The position numbers were made by a program, and so were the translations under genes. DNA of 64,000 bases from Hypanus sabinus. Taxonomy: Eukaryota. The notes under the pieces are model-generated. The model was not told where the DNA came from, ran no database searches, and saw only the letters and a list, made by a program, of their open reading frames with translations. This document shows, piece by piece, positions 25,770 through 39,719 of this stretch (position 1 is the first letter of the stretch; each line of letters starts with the position of its first letter). The stretch covers positions 310,001 through 374,000 of the forward strand of contig NW_026781333.1 of NCBI RefSeq assembly GCF_030144855.1. Direction: 5' to 3'.

Positions 25770-26220
25770 CACCTTTGCCCTGGGCAACAAGTAGCTTTCA
25801 CATCACAAATGTGCCTGATTCCAGTGAGACAGACGACTGTCCTTCCCTTCATATTCATTGGGATTTCATTCACTGAGTTCACCACCGTCAGTCATTGGGG
25901 ACGGGTTCAGGGGGAATATTTATGTAGAACACAGAAACTAGTGATGCCTGTTTGCATTTTGGTGATGCAAAAGTTGCTGGAGAATTTGCAAGTGGGAAGA
26001 AGTGGAGTGATATTTGGAAATCTGACTTCTTAAAGTGTAATTTAGTAAGCAAACCACATATGGACAATGTGTAAAAGCTTTGGTGAGAAACTCCTGCATT
26101 TCCTGTTACAGGCCTGCTACATAGGTTGTGTGAGAATGCAGATGAACTCGATCAAACCCAGAGGAGATCAAAGTTCCTATTGACAGTGATTTGCTAGCTG
26201 TGAAAATGAAAAGCTCACTA
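25770..26220 (+). mobile_element. Probable hAT (ZNF862/TTF-finger-like) transposase fragment
   Basis: The paralog at 42745-42890 translates IFMYNTETGVTCVYCGDAK..WKSDFLKHHL. Confidence 0.45.
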
Positions 26221-27289
26221 TATAAAATTCACTGTGCACATCTTGTCACTGGGTAAAAAATACACAGTACAAGATTTATCTGCACACTGGTTATTACAAA
26301 TTAGAGGGGTATTGGAGGGAAGGAGGGGAGACCTGCAGTGTCCCTGATGCCCTCCCCTACAAGATGTGCATCCAGCTGCACTTGTAACCCTGCACTTCAA
26401 TGAGCTGCTTGAAATGGGTGAATTCCATATCATCCAGCAGTTGGAGGGGGTGATAGATATGACATGAAGGGAGGTGAGCTACTCCCAAGGTGCAGGACAC
26501 AGGAAACTGGGTGAGAGTCAGGAAGGGGAATGAGGTTAAATAGGCATCGCAGAGTACTCTTGTGGCCATTTCACACAACAACAGGTGGACCACTTCAGAA
26601 GCTGTGGGGGGAATTACCTGGCAGAGGAAAGTCAAAAGACTGATAGGGGATTCGTTAGTTAGAGGAACAGAACAAGAGGGGACGAATATCCTAGTGGTAA
26701 GACTTGCTAGTGGTAGTGAGCAGGGGAGGGGGTGATGTGGTTAAAATAAGTTGTAGGGGGAATGGGAGCCAGAATGACAGAACAGATAGTGGAGAGGGTG
26801 AATTGAATTGACTTTATTAGATACATATTTCATAAACATGAGGAGTAGAAATATTTACCTTACATCATCTAAATGTGCAATGTGTAATTTATAGTAATTT
26901 ATAATAGATAGTTTGTACATAGGACAGTCAATATAACATCGAAATGCAATTGTATCAGCATGAATTAATCAGTCTGATGGCCTGGTAGAAGATGATGTCC
27001 CAAAGCCTGTTGGCCCTTTTGCTGTGGTACCGTGTCCTGGATGATAGCAGCAGGAACAGTTTGTGGTTCTGGTGAATTGGGCCTTTTTGTTGCTGATATT
27101 CGTTGGGCCCTTTTTACACACCTGTCTGTGTAAATGTACTGAATCATGGAAAGTAGATTGTGCAATGTATAATTTCCTTGTTTATATTTAGAGACATTTT
27201 TTGGTGTATAAAATGATGAGGGGTATTGAGCATGTGAGTGGCCAGAGGAGTGTTTTTTCCCCCAGGGTTGAAATGGTTAATGCCGAGTT

Positions 27290-28010
27290 TCCACACTCGC
27301 AAAGACCCTTTGTCCATCTCCTGAGTTAAGAGAGATGGAAAAATATTTAAGATCTCCCCCATCTGCTTTGGTTCCACACGTGGATTGCCATACCGGTCTT
27401 CCAGAGGACCAACTTTGTGCCTTGCAATCCTTTTGCTCTTAATCTATCACTAGAATCCCTGAGGATTATCCTTCACCTTTTCTGTGTCAGCAACCTCATG
27501 CCATCTTTTAGCCATCCTGATTGATTTCTTATGTGTTCTCTTGCATTTCTTATACTCCATAAGAAACTGACTGCCTATCCCTGTTATGCAATTCCATTTT
27601 GTGCTTTACCAGGGTCTCAATATCTCGTGCAATCCAAGTTTCCCTACAGTTTCTATCTTTACCTTTTATTCTGACATACCCGCTTACTACTTTCAAAATT
27701 TTGCTTTGAAGCCTCCCATTTACCAAGCACACCTTTGCCATAAAGCAGCCTGTCCCAATCCACAGTTGCCAGGTCCTAGTGTTGATTCTAGGTGTTGATC
27801 CATGCACTGAACTCATCCACCTTTCCTGCACTGCTCCCTGTATTGAAATATACAGGGCTCAGCATATTCACTGCACCATGCTCAACTTTTTCATTCCTGA
27901 AATTTGTCTGAGGCCTGAACAACATCTTTCTCCACAACCCCACCACCATCTGTTCTGTTATTCAGGCTCCCATTCCCCCTGCAACTTTAGTTTAACACTC
28001 CTTACCCCCA
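27290..28010 (-). mobile_element. CR1 fragments
   Basis: Inverted relative to, and similar to, 28060-28350. Confidence 0.65.
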
Positions 28011-28039
28011 CCTCCCTCCATGCAGATCTATCACCTCTT

Positions 28040-29950
28040 TGGCTTTCCTCTCCCAGATCAATAAAAAGGAGGTGCATACCAGGTACAGGCAGATAGGAGC
28101 AAATGGGGGTACTTATGAAATACAGGAAATTCAAGTGAACACTTATGAAAGAAATAAAAGAAGGCATGAGTTTGCCCCAGCAGACAAGGTGAAGGAGAAT
28201 CCTCAGGGATTCTGCAGATATGTTAAGAGCAAAAAAGATTGCAAGGGAAAAAAAATTAATCCTCTGGAAGATCAAAATGGTAATCCACATGAAGGATAGC
28301 CTAGACTTGGGGAGATTTTTTTTGCATCCATATTTACTCAGGAGATGGATACAGAGTCTATAGAAGTGAGGCAAAGCCGCATTAACTTCATGGACCCTGT
28401 ACAGATTACAGAGGTGGAGGGGTTTGCTGTCTTGAGGCAAATTAGTGTGGATCAATCCCCAGGGCCTGACAAGTTGTTCACTTGGACCCTGCGGAAGACG
28501 AGTGCAGAAATTATTGGGGTCCAAGCACAGATATTTAAATCATCCTTAGTGACAGGTGAGGTACTGGAGGATTGGAGGACAGACAATGTTGTTCTGCTGT
28601 TCAAGAAAGGCTGTAAAATAAACTAGGAAGTTATCCATTGGTGAGCTTGACATCAGAACTGGGAAAGTTATTGGAATGTGGGTGCAGGAACCAAGTATAT
28701 ACTGTAAGTATTTGGATAGATGTGGACTGATAAAGGATAGACAGTATGGCTCTAGCCAATCTTTCAGAGTCTCTCGAAGAAGTTATCAGGGAAGTGGATG
28801 AAGGCAAGGCAGTAGATGTTGTCTACATGGACTTTAGCAAGGCACTTGACAAAGTCTCATATGGGAGGTTGGTCAAGAAGGTTCAGTCACTCAGCATTCT
28901 AGATGAGATAGTAAATTGGATGAGACACTGTCTTTGGGAGAAGCCACAGTGTAGTAGCAGATGGTTGCCTCTATAACTGTAATCCTGTGATTAGTTGTGT
29001 GCCAAAGGGATCAGTGCTGGATCTGTTGTTGTTTGTCATCTATATCTGTAATCTGGATGATAGTGTGGTTAACTGGATCAGAAAATTTGTGGATGACAAC
29101 AAGACTGGGGGTTTAGCAGCTGCAAGAAGACTTTCTTGGCTTGCAGTGTGATCTGGGCCAGGTGGGAAAATGGTTTGAGAAATGGAAAATGGAATTTAAT
29201 GCAGACCAGTGTGAGTCGTGGCACTTTGGTCTGACCTACCAAGGGAGGTCTTTCACAGTGACTGATCGGGCACGGAGGAGTGTTGTAGAAGAAAGGGACC
29301 TGGGAATACAAGTCCTTAATTCACTGAAAGTGGTATCACAGTTAGATAGGGATGGAAGGAAATATTTTAGCCCATTGCCCTTCATGAACCACAGTAGTGA
29401 CAACAATAGATGGATGTTATGTTGACTTGTAGAAGACATTGGTGAGGCCTTATTTGGAGTATTATGTGCAGTTTTGGTCACCTACCTACAGGAAAGATGT
29501 AAAAGAAGTTCAGAGATTTCAGAGAAAATACACAAGGATGTTGCCATGTCTGGAGGACTTGGATTATAAGGAAAGATTGAACAAATCAGGGCATTATTCT
29601 TGGGAATGTAGAAGATTGAGGGGAGATTTGATTGTGATAGAGAGGCACACATAGTGTTAATGCAAGCTGGCTTTCTCCACTGAGATTGGGTGGGACTACA
29701 ACCAGAGGCCATGGGTTATGGGTGAAAGGTGAAATGTTAAGGGGAGCATGAGAGGAACTTCTTCACATAGAGGGTCATCCGGCTGTGGAATGAGCAACCA
29801 GCACAAGTGGTGCATGCGAGCTCGATTTTAACGTTTAAGAGGTTTGTGTAGATACCTGGATGGTAGGGGTGTGGGAGTGGGCTGTTTAAATAGTTCAGCA
29901 CAAACTAGATCGCCCAAAGGGCCTGTTTCTGTGTTGAAATTTTCTATGAT
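28040..29950 (+). mobile_element. CR1 LINE (degenerate ORF2 and 3' UTR)
   Basis: SPGPD, VDVVYMDFSKALDKV, KFVDD, VRPYLEYYVQFWSP. TTCTATG tail at ~29945. Confidence 0.9.
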
Positions 29951-30855
29951 TGCGACAAGAACCTGAAATAATACAAAAATTCACTCTAAGTCCTTTTAAC
30001 AGATGTGCGGCCAACCAGTCATTTCAGCAGGAATTTTTTAAATGGCGTTAAAATTGTGGCATTTTGTTAATAATACACAAGAGAAGATCCCAGCTGCATG
30101 TCAAGAAAGACAATTTGCATGAGAGTGTTTCAGTCACTGTGGGACAAGGAACACGTGCCGCTCAGCAGGAGCCAGGAATAATACCAATGGAGGGAGTCAA
30201 AATGAGCCAGGTCACAGATTGGAGACGACAGAAATGCTCCATTGTTATTGAGACAGGAAGAGTATCAGGGAATTGATGGTCATTCCAGGTTCCAGCACTC
30301 TACCCAGTCAGGAGATGATTTCTCTGTCCAACTTAGGGTGAACCTCACTGTAACCGTGTGATACCAGATCAAACCTTGGCAACTCAAGTAATCTCATCTG
30401 AAATGTTGTCCTAAACCCATTGATGGATTTTGTAAATTTTTTTACAGGTTAAAAATGAGAAGGAATTCATCTCCAGGAAGCTCAAAAACGACACGCCAGT
30501 TTTGTTGTCTCTGCCTAGATACTTAAGAACTGGAGCAAGGGATCCAATTGTCCACCCTTCCTGCTCAGACTGTGGGGAGGAATTCACTCGGTGATTTTGA
30601 CCAACTGGCACGCCCATCATTTTACACAGGAAAAAGGACATTCACCTGCCCAGACAGTGGGAATGGATTCACTCGGTCATCTCAACTAAAGGTACATCAG
30701 CAAGTTCACACTGGACAAGGCCATTCACCTGTTCTGTGTGTGAGAAGGGGTTCAGTCGGTCATCCCACCTGTGGACACACCAATCAGTTCACACCGGGCA
30801 GAGGCTGGTCTTCTGCTGAACTTCTGGGTAAGGATTCACTCTGTCATCTGACCTA

Positions 30856-31710
30856 ATGGCTCACCAGCGAGTTCACACTGGGGAGCGGCCGTTCACCTGC
30901 TCAGTCTGTGAGAAGAGATTTACTCAGTTATCCAATCTACAGAGTCACCAGCGAGTTCACACTGGGGAGAAGCCATTCACCTGCTCAGTCTGTGGGAAAG
31001 GATTTACTCAGTTATCCACCCTACAGGGACACCAGCGAGTTCACACTGGGGAGAAGCTGTTCACCTGCTCAGACTGTGGAAAGGGATTCACACTGTCATC
31101 CCGCCTACTGGTACATCAGCAAATTCACACTGGGGAGAAGCCGTTCACCTGCTCAGTCTGTGGAAAGAGATTCACACATTTATCCCAACTACAAAGTCAC
31201 CAGCGAGTTCACACTGGGGAGAAGCCATTCACCTGCTCAGAATGTGGGAAGAGATTTACTCAGTCATCCACACTACTGGTACATCAGCGAATTAACACTG
31301 GGGAGAAGCCGTTCACCTGCTCAGTCTGTGGGAAGAGATTTACTCAGTTATCCAACCTACAGAGTCACCAGCGAGTTCACACTGGGGAGAAGCCATTCAC
31401 GTGCTCAGTCTGTGGGAAAGGATTCACTCTGTCATCCACCCTACTGGTACATCAGCGAGTTCATACTGGGGAGAAGCCGTTCACCTGCTCAGTCTGTGGG
31501 AAGAGATTCACTGACTCTTCCACCCTGCAGAGACACCAGCGACTTCACACTGTGGGGAAGCCGTTCACCTGCTTATTCTGTCGGAAGAGATTCACTCAGT
31601 CATCCACCCTACAGAGTCATCAGCGAGTTCACACTAGAGAGAGGCTCAGAATGTGGGAAAGGATTCACTCAGTCATCCCACCTCTTGGCACACCAGTCAG
31701 TTCACAGTAA
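30856..31710 (+). CDS. Tandem C2H2 zinc-finger protein (ZNF-2): 9 fingers (finger 5 H>N); 10th lost to a frameshift
   Basis: 284-aa ORF. Acceptor TTTACAG|G at 30447/30448. 11-nt deletion in the linker at ~31645. Confidence 0.85.
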   Translation: MAHQRVHTGERPFTCSVCEKRFTQLSNLQSHQRVHTGEKPFTCSVCGKGFTQLSTLQGHQRVHTGEKLFTCSDCGKGFTLSSRLLVHQQIHTGEKPFTCSVCGKRFTHLSQLQSHQRVHTGEKPFTCSECGKRFTQSSTLLVHQRINTGEKPFTCSVCGKRFTQLSNLQSHQRVHTGEKPFTCSVCGKGFTLSSTLLVHQRVHTGEKPFTCSVCGKRFTDSSTLQRHQRLHTVGKPFTCLFCRKRFTQSSTLQSHQRVHTRERLRMWERIHSVIPPLGTPVSSQ

Positions 31711-32399
31711 GGAGAGGCCATTGTTATGAATCCTTTGGTTTTGTTTGCTGTAGACTGTCATTTTAAGAGAAAGAGAGAGAGAAATTAAGAAGGTGAATCA
31801 GTCTGACTTGCAGCTTGTTTACATTGCTCGCAGCTTGTTTAGTTTTAACTGAGGACACAGACACTCAGAGTCAGACGGAGACAAAGGAGGAAAAATGGAA
31901 GGATCAAAACCAGGGAACTAGTAGCCAAGGATCACTGTTTGGAACTTTCCTTCGCTCACAAGGGTGGGCTAATTATCGATTCACCGTACATCGAATGTGT
32001 GGTTGTCACCTCATTTGATCCACAGGAGTGGATCTGATTTGGGATATCCTGTGGAGACGACTTATGTGTTAAGCCTTGCCTGGCTGTGGCGTGGTCATTC
32101 ATTTGATGATACCACTTATGACAATTCACTTTAGGTGATAATTCGTATGTACATTTGTAAAGATGATGGATAAAATCTAGAGCGACTGTTCTCTCTTTTT
32201 ACCACCATGGAACCTGTGGAATACAACATAATTGCCTTCTCTCAACATTTACCCTGGATTACAAAAATATCTCTCTCACATCACCTATTCTGTGAATTAA
32301 TTGAACTTTAATACTTTAACATCTCCAGACTCCAAGCCTTGTTTCCCCTGAGCTCAGAAGTTTGGGAGTTATATTTACACACATACATACACATAACAC

Positions 32400-32965
32400 T
32401 CATGAGGAAATCTGCAGATGCTGGAAATACAAACACAAAAAAAATGCTGATAGAACACAGCAGGCCAGGCAACATCTATAGGGAGAAGCACTGTCGACGT
32501 TGTGGGCAGAGACCCTTCGACAGTACTAACTGAAAGATAGTAAGAGATTTGAAAGTAATGAGGGGAGGGTGAAATGCAAATGATAGGAGAAGACCTGAGG
32601 GGGTGGGGGTGAAGCTGAGAGCTGGAAAGGTGATTGGCGAAAGTGATACAGAGCTGGTGAAGGGAAAGGATCATGGGACGGGAGGCCTTGGGAGAAAGAA
32701 AAGGGTGGGGGTGTAAGTACCAGAGTGAGGGGGAGAACAGGTAAACAACTAAATATGTCAGGGATGGGGTAAGAAGGGGAGGACGGGCATTAACAGAAGT
32801 TAGAGAAGTCAGTGTTCATGCCATCATGTTGGAGGCTACTCGGCCGGTATATAAGGTGTTGTTCCTCCAACCTGAGTTTGGATTCATTTTGACAATAGAG
32901 GAGGCCATGGATAGACATATCAGCATGGGAATGGGATGTGGAATTAAAATGTGTGGCCACTGGGA
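32400..32965 (-). mobile_element. Penelope-like element fragment nested in the Gmr1 LTR
   Basis: The minus strand encodes a GIY-YIG C-terminus EEQHLIY..SLQHDGMNTDFSN, followed by the PLE terminal motif. Confidence 0.75.
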
Positions 32966-33508
32966 GTAGTCTTTTGCTGTTGGTTCATTTCTAAAGCATT
33001 ATCGTTTGTAACAAAATGGGGCTGTGTCTGGGATATGACAAATTTAAGGATTGATTAATTATCAATTTCATTGGGGAAATCCCTTTTGATTTACTTGTGT
33101 GTGGAAAACCAGCAGCAATGGATGTTGATAGATATCTGGAAGTGTGAACCTCTCAGGCATTAGAGGACACCAGAAAGATTGATTTGTTGAGTATTGCTAG
33201 AACGTTAATACTTGCTAAGGTGAAATTGACAATGAGGAGGGCACAGATGCAGAAGATAATAGCTGAGCATTATGTATCTGAGGATGTGTTTAAAGTGAAG
33301 GAGTTGGAGGTGTTTCCTGAATGTAAACCTCGTGAGCTTGAGCTCCAATAGAAGTTAGAAATATTAAAGATGGAGGCTCCGGAAAGGCAGATGCAGTTTC
33401 AGGCTAAAGAGGCAGAAAAGCAGACAGAAAATTCTCTTACAAAGTGTAATTAAGGGGAAGGCTTAGCAAGCCTATTCTGCTTTGACAGTTGCTGAAGCAG
33501 CTTATTAT

Positions 33509-33669
33509 TTACTTATTTATGCTGCCCCAATCATTGCCACTGGGCTATAAATGTGCAGGATCTGTGTGTGGTTCAGTGTTTTGCTCAAGCACACACAAGC
33601 TGCCTCGGCTGAGGCTCGAACTCATGACCTTCAGATCGCTAGTTCAACACCTTAACCACATGGCCACGC
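33509..33669 (-). mobile_element. tRNA-derived SINE inserted in gag
   Basis: Minus-strand A box TGGCCATGTGG and B box GAGTTCGAGCC, A-rich tail. Absent in copy 2 at ~49695. Confidence 0.75.
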
Positions 33670-36600
33670 ATTATGACCACATAATATGACATAGTGAAAC
33701 AGGCTGTGCTCAAAGCTTACGGGTTGGTCCCAGAAGCAGACAGGCAAAAGTTTAGAAATTTGAAGAAATCTATGAACCAGACATATGGAATTTACTTATG
33801 AGAAATTTGTGTGTATTGACCACTGGTGCACATCTGATCATGTAAATGATGATTTTAACAGCTTGAAAGAGTTGGTTTTAATGGAAGAATTCAGAAGGTG
33901 CGTCCCTGATGACATAAAGACATATTTAGATGGAAATGATGCTGCCACTAAGCAGGAATCTGCTGGATTAGCAGATCAGTTTGCTTTAACTCATAAAGTT
34001 ATGTTTACCCTGAATAAGAGTTTCCAAAAGGCAGTTGTCAAGTTGTGGGTAAACCTAATGAGCTCACCCCAGTGGCCTGTACCTGCATTCGGTGAACCCT
34101 TTTCCAAAGTTATAGTGGATTGTGTTGGCCCATTGCCAAAGACTAAAGCTGGCCATCAGTATCTGCTAACTATTATGTGTACTACATCCAGATTCCCAGA
34201 GGCAATGCCTCTCAGAAATACTAAAGCTAAAACTGTGGCGAAGGCTCTTACCAAGATTTTCACTTTATTCGATTTGTCTAAAGAAATACAGTCTGATCAA
34301 GGAAGTAATTGTATATCTGGATTATTCAAGCAGGTAGTTTATGAATTGGGAGCAAAACAGATGCATCATTTGCATACCATCCAGAACCAGAAGGGGCTTT
34401 AGAAAGATTTCATTCTACCCTCAAAACAATGATTAAGACATATTGTGTTGAAAATGGAAAAGACTGGGATGAAGGAATATATTTGCTTTCGTCCACAGAA
34501 AGAGAGTCTGTACAGGAATCACTGGGCTTTGGTCCATTTGAGCTTGTATTTGGTTGCAGAGCGAGGTGCCCTTTGACCTTGTTAAAGGAACCGTGGATTG
34601 CTGGGGATGTACATGTTAACTTGTTAGACTGTGTTTTGAAGTCCAAAAAAAAAAATACACCAAGCCTGTAGTCTAGCGAGACAAAACTTAAAGATTTCTC
34701 AAAACAAAATGAAGTGTTGGTTTGATAACAGGGCTCGCGAAAGAAAATACCAGGTGGGAGATAAGGTGCTTGCCTTATGTTGACAAATCCACTTCAGGTG
34801 AAATTCAATAGACTGTATGAAATAGTCTCCCAAATTAATGATGTGAATTATGTTAATAAAACACCCGGCTGACGTTAACTAATACAGGTGGTGCACATAA
34901 ATATGATAAAGCCTTATTTTGACAAGCAGGCACCATCTGTGAGTGTTGTTGTCAAAACATATGAATCTGGCAACCCTGAGAATGAAACAATCGACTTGTC
35001 TGAGAATTTTCACAAGCCAAACATGGTCCCAGTTCGGCTAATGAACTCGGTTGTTCCAGAAAACATTGATAACAAGTTGGCTCATCTGCAGCCAAAGCAA
35101 CAACAACAGCTGAAGGAATTAATTCTGAAGTACAAAGATTTATTTCCCGATGTTCCCAAGCAAACCACGGTTGCAGTACATGACACAGACATTGGTCAAG
35201 CCAAACCTATTAAACAACACCCATATTGCATGAACGTAGAAAAGTGTAAATAGGCTGAGCAAGGAATTGAATATATGCTGGAAAATGGTATTATTAGTCC
35301 TTCAGCATCAGATTGAAGCTAACCCTGCGTTATTGTGCCCAAACCTGATGGCAGTGTTAGATTTTGCACTGATTATAGGAAGGCAAATGCAGTAGCAAAA
35401 ACAGATACCTGTCCTGTCCCTAGGGTGGCTGATTGCATCAATAAAGTTGGAAAAGCTAATTCCGTACAAAGATTGATCTGTTGAAAGGATATTGATGTGT
35501 TCCATTGATGGACAGAGGTAGAGACAGTTCTGCATTTGTGACACCATCTGGGTTGTATGAATACAATGTTTTGCCTTTTGGAAGGAAAAATGCTCCAGGA
35601 ACATTCCAGAGAAAGATTAATTTTGTAATTTGAGGGTTAGAATACACAGATGCCTATATTGATGCCTAGTCACAGGGAGTGACACTTGGGAAGAGCATAT
35701 CACTCCAGTGGAGAAGCTGTTTGACAGGCTTTCCCAGGACAACCTTACAGTTAACTTGGCTAAGAGTGAATTTGGCCATGCCACTGTGACCTGTCTTGGC
35801 TATGTTGTAGGTCAAAGCAAGTTGGCTCCTGTTCGGGCAAAAGTCCAGGCAATTTCTCAAGTTCCTATTCTGACTGCTAAGAAGGCTCTTAGAAGGTTTC
35901 TGGGAATGGATGGATATTACCGTAAGAACTCTGCTGCTATCGCTCTTCCTCTGACCAATCTCCTGAAGAAGCGTGATATGTTTGTTCGGACCGAGCCTTG
36001 TCAGGATGCATTTGATCGATTGTTATCAGTATTTGAGATTAGGCCAATCAATATAGTGCTGACAGAAAATTTAATTAGCAGATTGGAGCTGTGGGTGGCA
36101 ACACAAGTCATGGGTGCACAGAGAGTAAAGGAGAAGGCCAAAGAGACATCCCTATGGCTTATGTGTGCTGAGGGTCAGAGAGACAGAGAAGATGGAGCCC
36201 ATTCTTACTTCCTGCCGGCGATCTGACAGGAAGACGAGGATCCAGCTAAACAAGGCAGGGTGAAGGCCGAGGTCTCTGAGCTCCTTGTCGATACTTCACG
36301 CCTTTGTATGGCTACTGCTCTGCCCATGACTGCAAGGAACTGTAGAGAACATCAGAGAAACAAGCCTCCACTCCAAGGACTTCCTACATTCCCCTCCCTC
36401 AGAAAGGCAGGCCATGTACTCAAATAACCTCATAACCTGGGCATTTTTGCTGCAAACCCGCTACCACATTGGCGGAGAGATACAAAAGCCTTAAAGTGCG
36501 TAACACCAGGCTGAAGGACGGCTTCCTGTCTGTGGTTATAAGCCAAATGAATAATAAAATGCTCTCGACCTCACAATGTAACTCGATGTGACCCTGCACC

Positions 36601-37866
36601 ATATGTCTATCTGCACTGCACTTTCTCTGCAGCCATAATGTTTGTTACAGTTATTGTTTTATCGTATATCAGCTCGATGTACTGTTGTAATGTATCGATC
36701 TGTATGGACGGTACGTCAGGCAAGATTTTCACTGTAGCTCAGTATGTAATAAGAATAAACAAATTCCACATTTTAATTGTGTGGACATATTAGACAGACT
36801 GAGCTTCTGCTCTGGAACCTCAGAAGGAAATTTAACTGTTGTCATTTCTGGTGAAAACAAATAAATAGAAAAGGCTTCAATCTCACATTACGATCTGCGG
36901 TAACTGGGATCAGGTGACCGGTGGTGTGTCTCCCATATCAATATCAGAATCAGGTATAATAGCACCGGCATGTACCATGAAATTTTTTGTCCCTGCGGCA
37001 GCATCAGAACCTAATACATAACCATACATTTAACAATTGTGAGTTAATATAAGAATATAAATATCACAGAGTTAAATTATATAAATAGAACAAAATTTAA
37101 AAAAAAGATGTAATAAACTATTTTAATTGTGGCGAACTATTTGACTGACTGGGTTGTTGCTTTGGAAGTAATGGAGTGAAGCTTAACTGAACTGTTCATA
37201 TTTATGAGAAGCGCAGATAAATACAAAAGGCTAAATTCTCCCATAAATGGGTCAGACACCCAGAAACATCGGCAGCACAACAGTAGATAAAAACAGTGAA
37301 ATGAAACATGCTGAAAATATTGCGAAAAAAATCATATTGTCCACCACAATGAGAGGACGTGACAGATCCGGATCTCACTGCCTTGTCTGAACGGGGAAAG
37401 ATGAAGCGACACAGACACGTTGAGCAGTGACCCGCAGATGCCGCAGATCTGCAGAAAAATGTGAACAAGAAATGGGATCACGTGACCAGTTTGGTCTCCC
37501 ACCCCTGACAGATGTTCAATTACCCACTACTCTGTGGAAAGAAGCAAACTTGCCGCTCACATCTCCTCTCACCTTAAATGTATTAGACATTTCAACCCCC
37601 AGGAAAAATATATCGTCTGTCCACTCTATCTATTCCTCTCGTAATCTTATAAACGTCCATCCAGTCTCACCCCAGCCTGCGCCGCTCTGGAGAAAACAAC
37701 ACAAGTTTGTCCAGCCTCTCGTTATAGCTCATGCCCTCTAATCCAGGCAGTGTCCTGGTAAACCGCTTCTGTGCCCTCTCCAAAGCCCCGACATCCTTCC
37801 GAGAATGGGGGCGACCAGAACTGTATGAAACACTCCAGATGTGGTCTAACTAGTCTTATATAAATG

Positions 37867-38650
37867 TGTTACGAAGTGTAACGTTTTAGAAATGAACCAG
37901 CAGCGATAGAGTTCACACTGGAGTCTGGTTTTGATGTTAAAACCACTCTCTTTTACTAGTATCTACCTATAATATAGTAACTTAATGAAATAAACAATGA
38001 AATAAAGTTAATGAAATAAAGTTAACAGTGTTATGTGTATACATATGTGTCAATATAATTCACGGACTATCGAGCCTGAGGGAACAAAGCTTCGAGTCTT
38101 GAGATGGTAAGGTAGGAAAGTTCAGTAATCCACAGAATAAATAATGGGAGAGAGATATTTGTGATCCAGGGTGAAACGTAGAGAAACGGCCGTTACTTCA
38201 AAATAACCGTCGACTAAGTTCTTATCCGTTGAATCCGTCCACATCCGAGTTATCAGCGAAAGTGACCTGTCACAGGAATACCGTCTTCCAGGGGTTACCA
38301 CACAACATACCCAGGCAAGGGTTAACACAAGATATTCAAAAACCCACTCCTATGGATTATACGAAGTGACAGCCACACACATTCGTTGTGGTTCCGTGTA
38401 CCGATGATCAACCCACTCTTGCGGGCAAATGAGAGTTCCAAGCATCTGCTGCGACTAACTGAAGCGATCAGCTTTTCCAGTCTCTCTCTCTCTCTTTAGA
38501 CTGGCCGACTGCCTGTCTGCAGATCTCTCTCTCTTTCTTATGGTTCAGTCCACAGTCAGCGCTGTCAGCCTGTGTCTGACGTCATAGTCCCGCCTCCTCA
38601 CGCCGGCGCTCTTAAAGAAACAGTCACAGTACGACCGCAGGCTCGTAACA
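37867..38650 (-). mobile_element. Solo LTR, duplicated copy of 20094-20849
   Basis: TGTTACG...CGTAACA termini and the same insertion site. Confidence 0.85.
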
Positions 38651-39719
38651 GCCGCAACACAACTTCCCGACTTTTGAGCTCAATGATTCAACTAATAAAG
38701 ACAACCATGCCCTTTGCCCTCTTAACCTCCCGGTCAATCTGTGCAGTCTCTTTCAGGGAGCGATGAACTTGGAGTTTCAGATCCCTCTGATCATCGACAC
38801 TGTTCAGGGTTTTGCACTTAACAGTGTACTGTCTCACACATTCGACCTACCGAGTTGCCAAGATGATCATCACTAATCAAATCTCACTGAGATTTCTCAG
38901 GTCCTGTTGAATTTATTGCCAAGTGCACAAGTACGGGAAGGTACAGGTACAGAGAAACACTGACTTGTGGCAGCATCACAGGCAAGTACATTCAGATAAC
39001 ACACGGAACAAAAGTTATACGATGCTCTGTCAGTAACAATCTCTAAATATTTTTATGTCATTAACGATATTTAAAATACATTGTGTCATGATCAATATTA
39101 AAATGTGCATTTTGTGTCAATAACAGTCTTGAAAATCTTGAATTTGGTCCCTGTCTCTATTCCTCCCATAATCCACAAACAGCTCCTTTGTTTTCGCCAG
39201 AATGAGGGAGAGATTGTTTTCTTGACACGACTGTGTCGGGGAGATGACTTCTTCTCTATACACTGCCTCGTTATTATTTGGGATTCGGCCGATCAATGTA
39301 GTGCCGTCAGCAAATGTAATTAGCAGATTGGAACCCGCCACTGCAGCCGCACAGTGCACTATGTACTGATTGCAAAGCTACGAAATTGCATGTGAATGGC
39401 CTCCCCTTCCCCAACTCCACTCTTTCTGCGTCACCAGCAGACGGGGACATCTCACATCTCGCTGCCTCCGCCAGGACATTAAAATGTGAACAACTGTGGC
39501 CGGGGACTGATCTCTGGGGTACTCCAAACGCTACCTCCTTCCAGTCTGAAAACGACCCACTCATCTAGACACACACTACCGGCAGTTTATCATCTCCAAC
39601 GAAAAAGCCTAATCACCTACTCCTGAGGGTCAATGCCACTGCTGACTCTGAGTTTACCACCGCCAAATGCCAGGAGGGTCATAATAATCAGAAAGTCTCC
39701 AGTCACAGCCGTGTAAATA

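Larger units (their letters stand above)
31722..36020 (+). mobile_element. Gmr1-like Gypsy LTR retrotransposon, copy 1 (5' LTR, PBS, gag, IN, RT; internally deleted and 3'-truncated)
   Basis: LTR from TG at 31722 to TGTAACA at 33013. Degenerate tRNA-Pro-like PBS at 33017-33034. Gag from ~33118 with SCAN-like LVLMEEFRRCVPDDIK. IN core VDCVGPLP/IQSDQGSN lies before RT (KPDGSVRFCTDYR, YIDA). Confidence 0.9.
19560..37470 (+). repeat. Tandem segmental duplication unit 1 (~17.9 kb)
   Basis: 19560-23200 aligns to 37470-40940, 24630-26050 to 41370-42890, and 29586-37470 to 44431-55230. TE insertions and truncation points are shared. Confidence 0.85.

Noticed and set aside
33600-33669. tRNA gene
   Set aside because: A and B boxes are present, but it continues into a SINE body and tail and interrupts gag.
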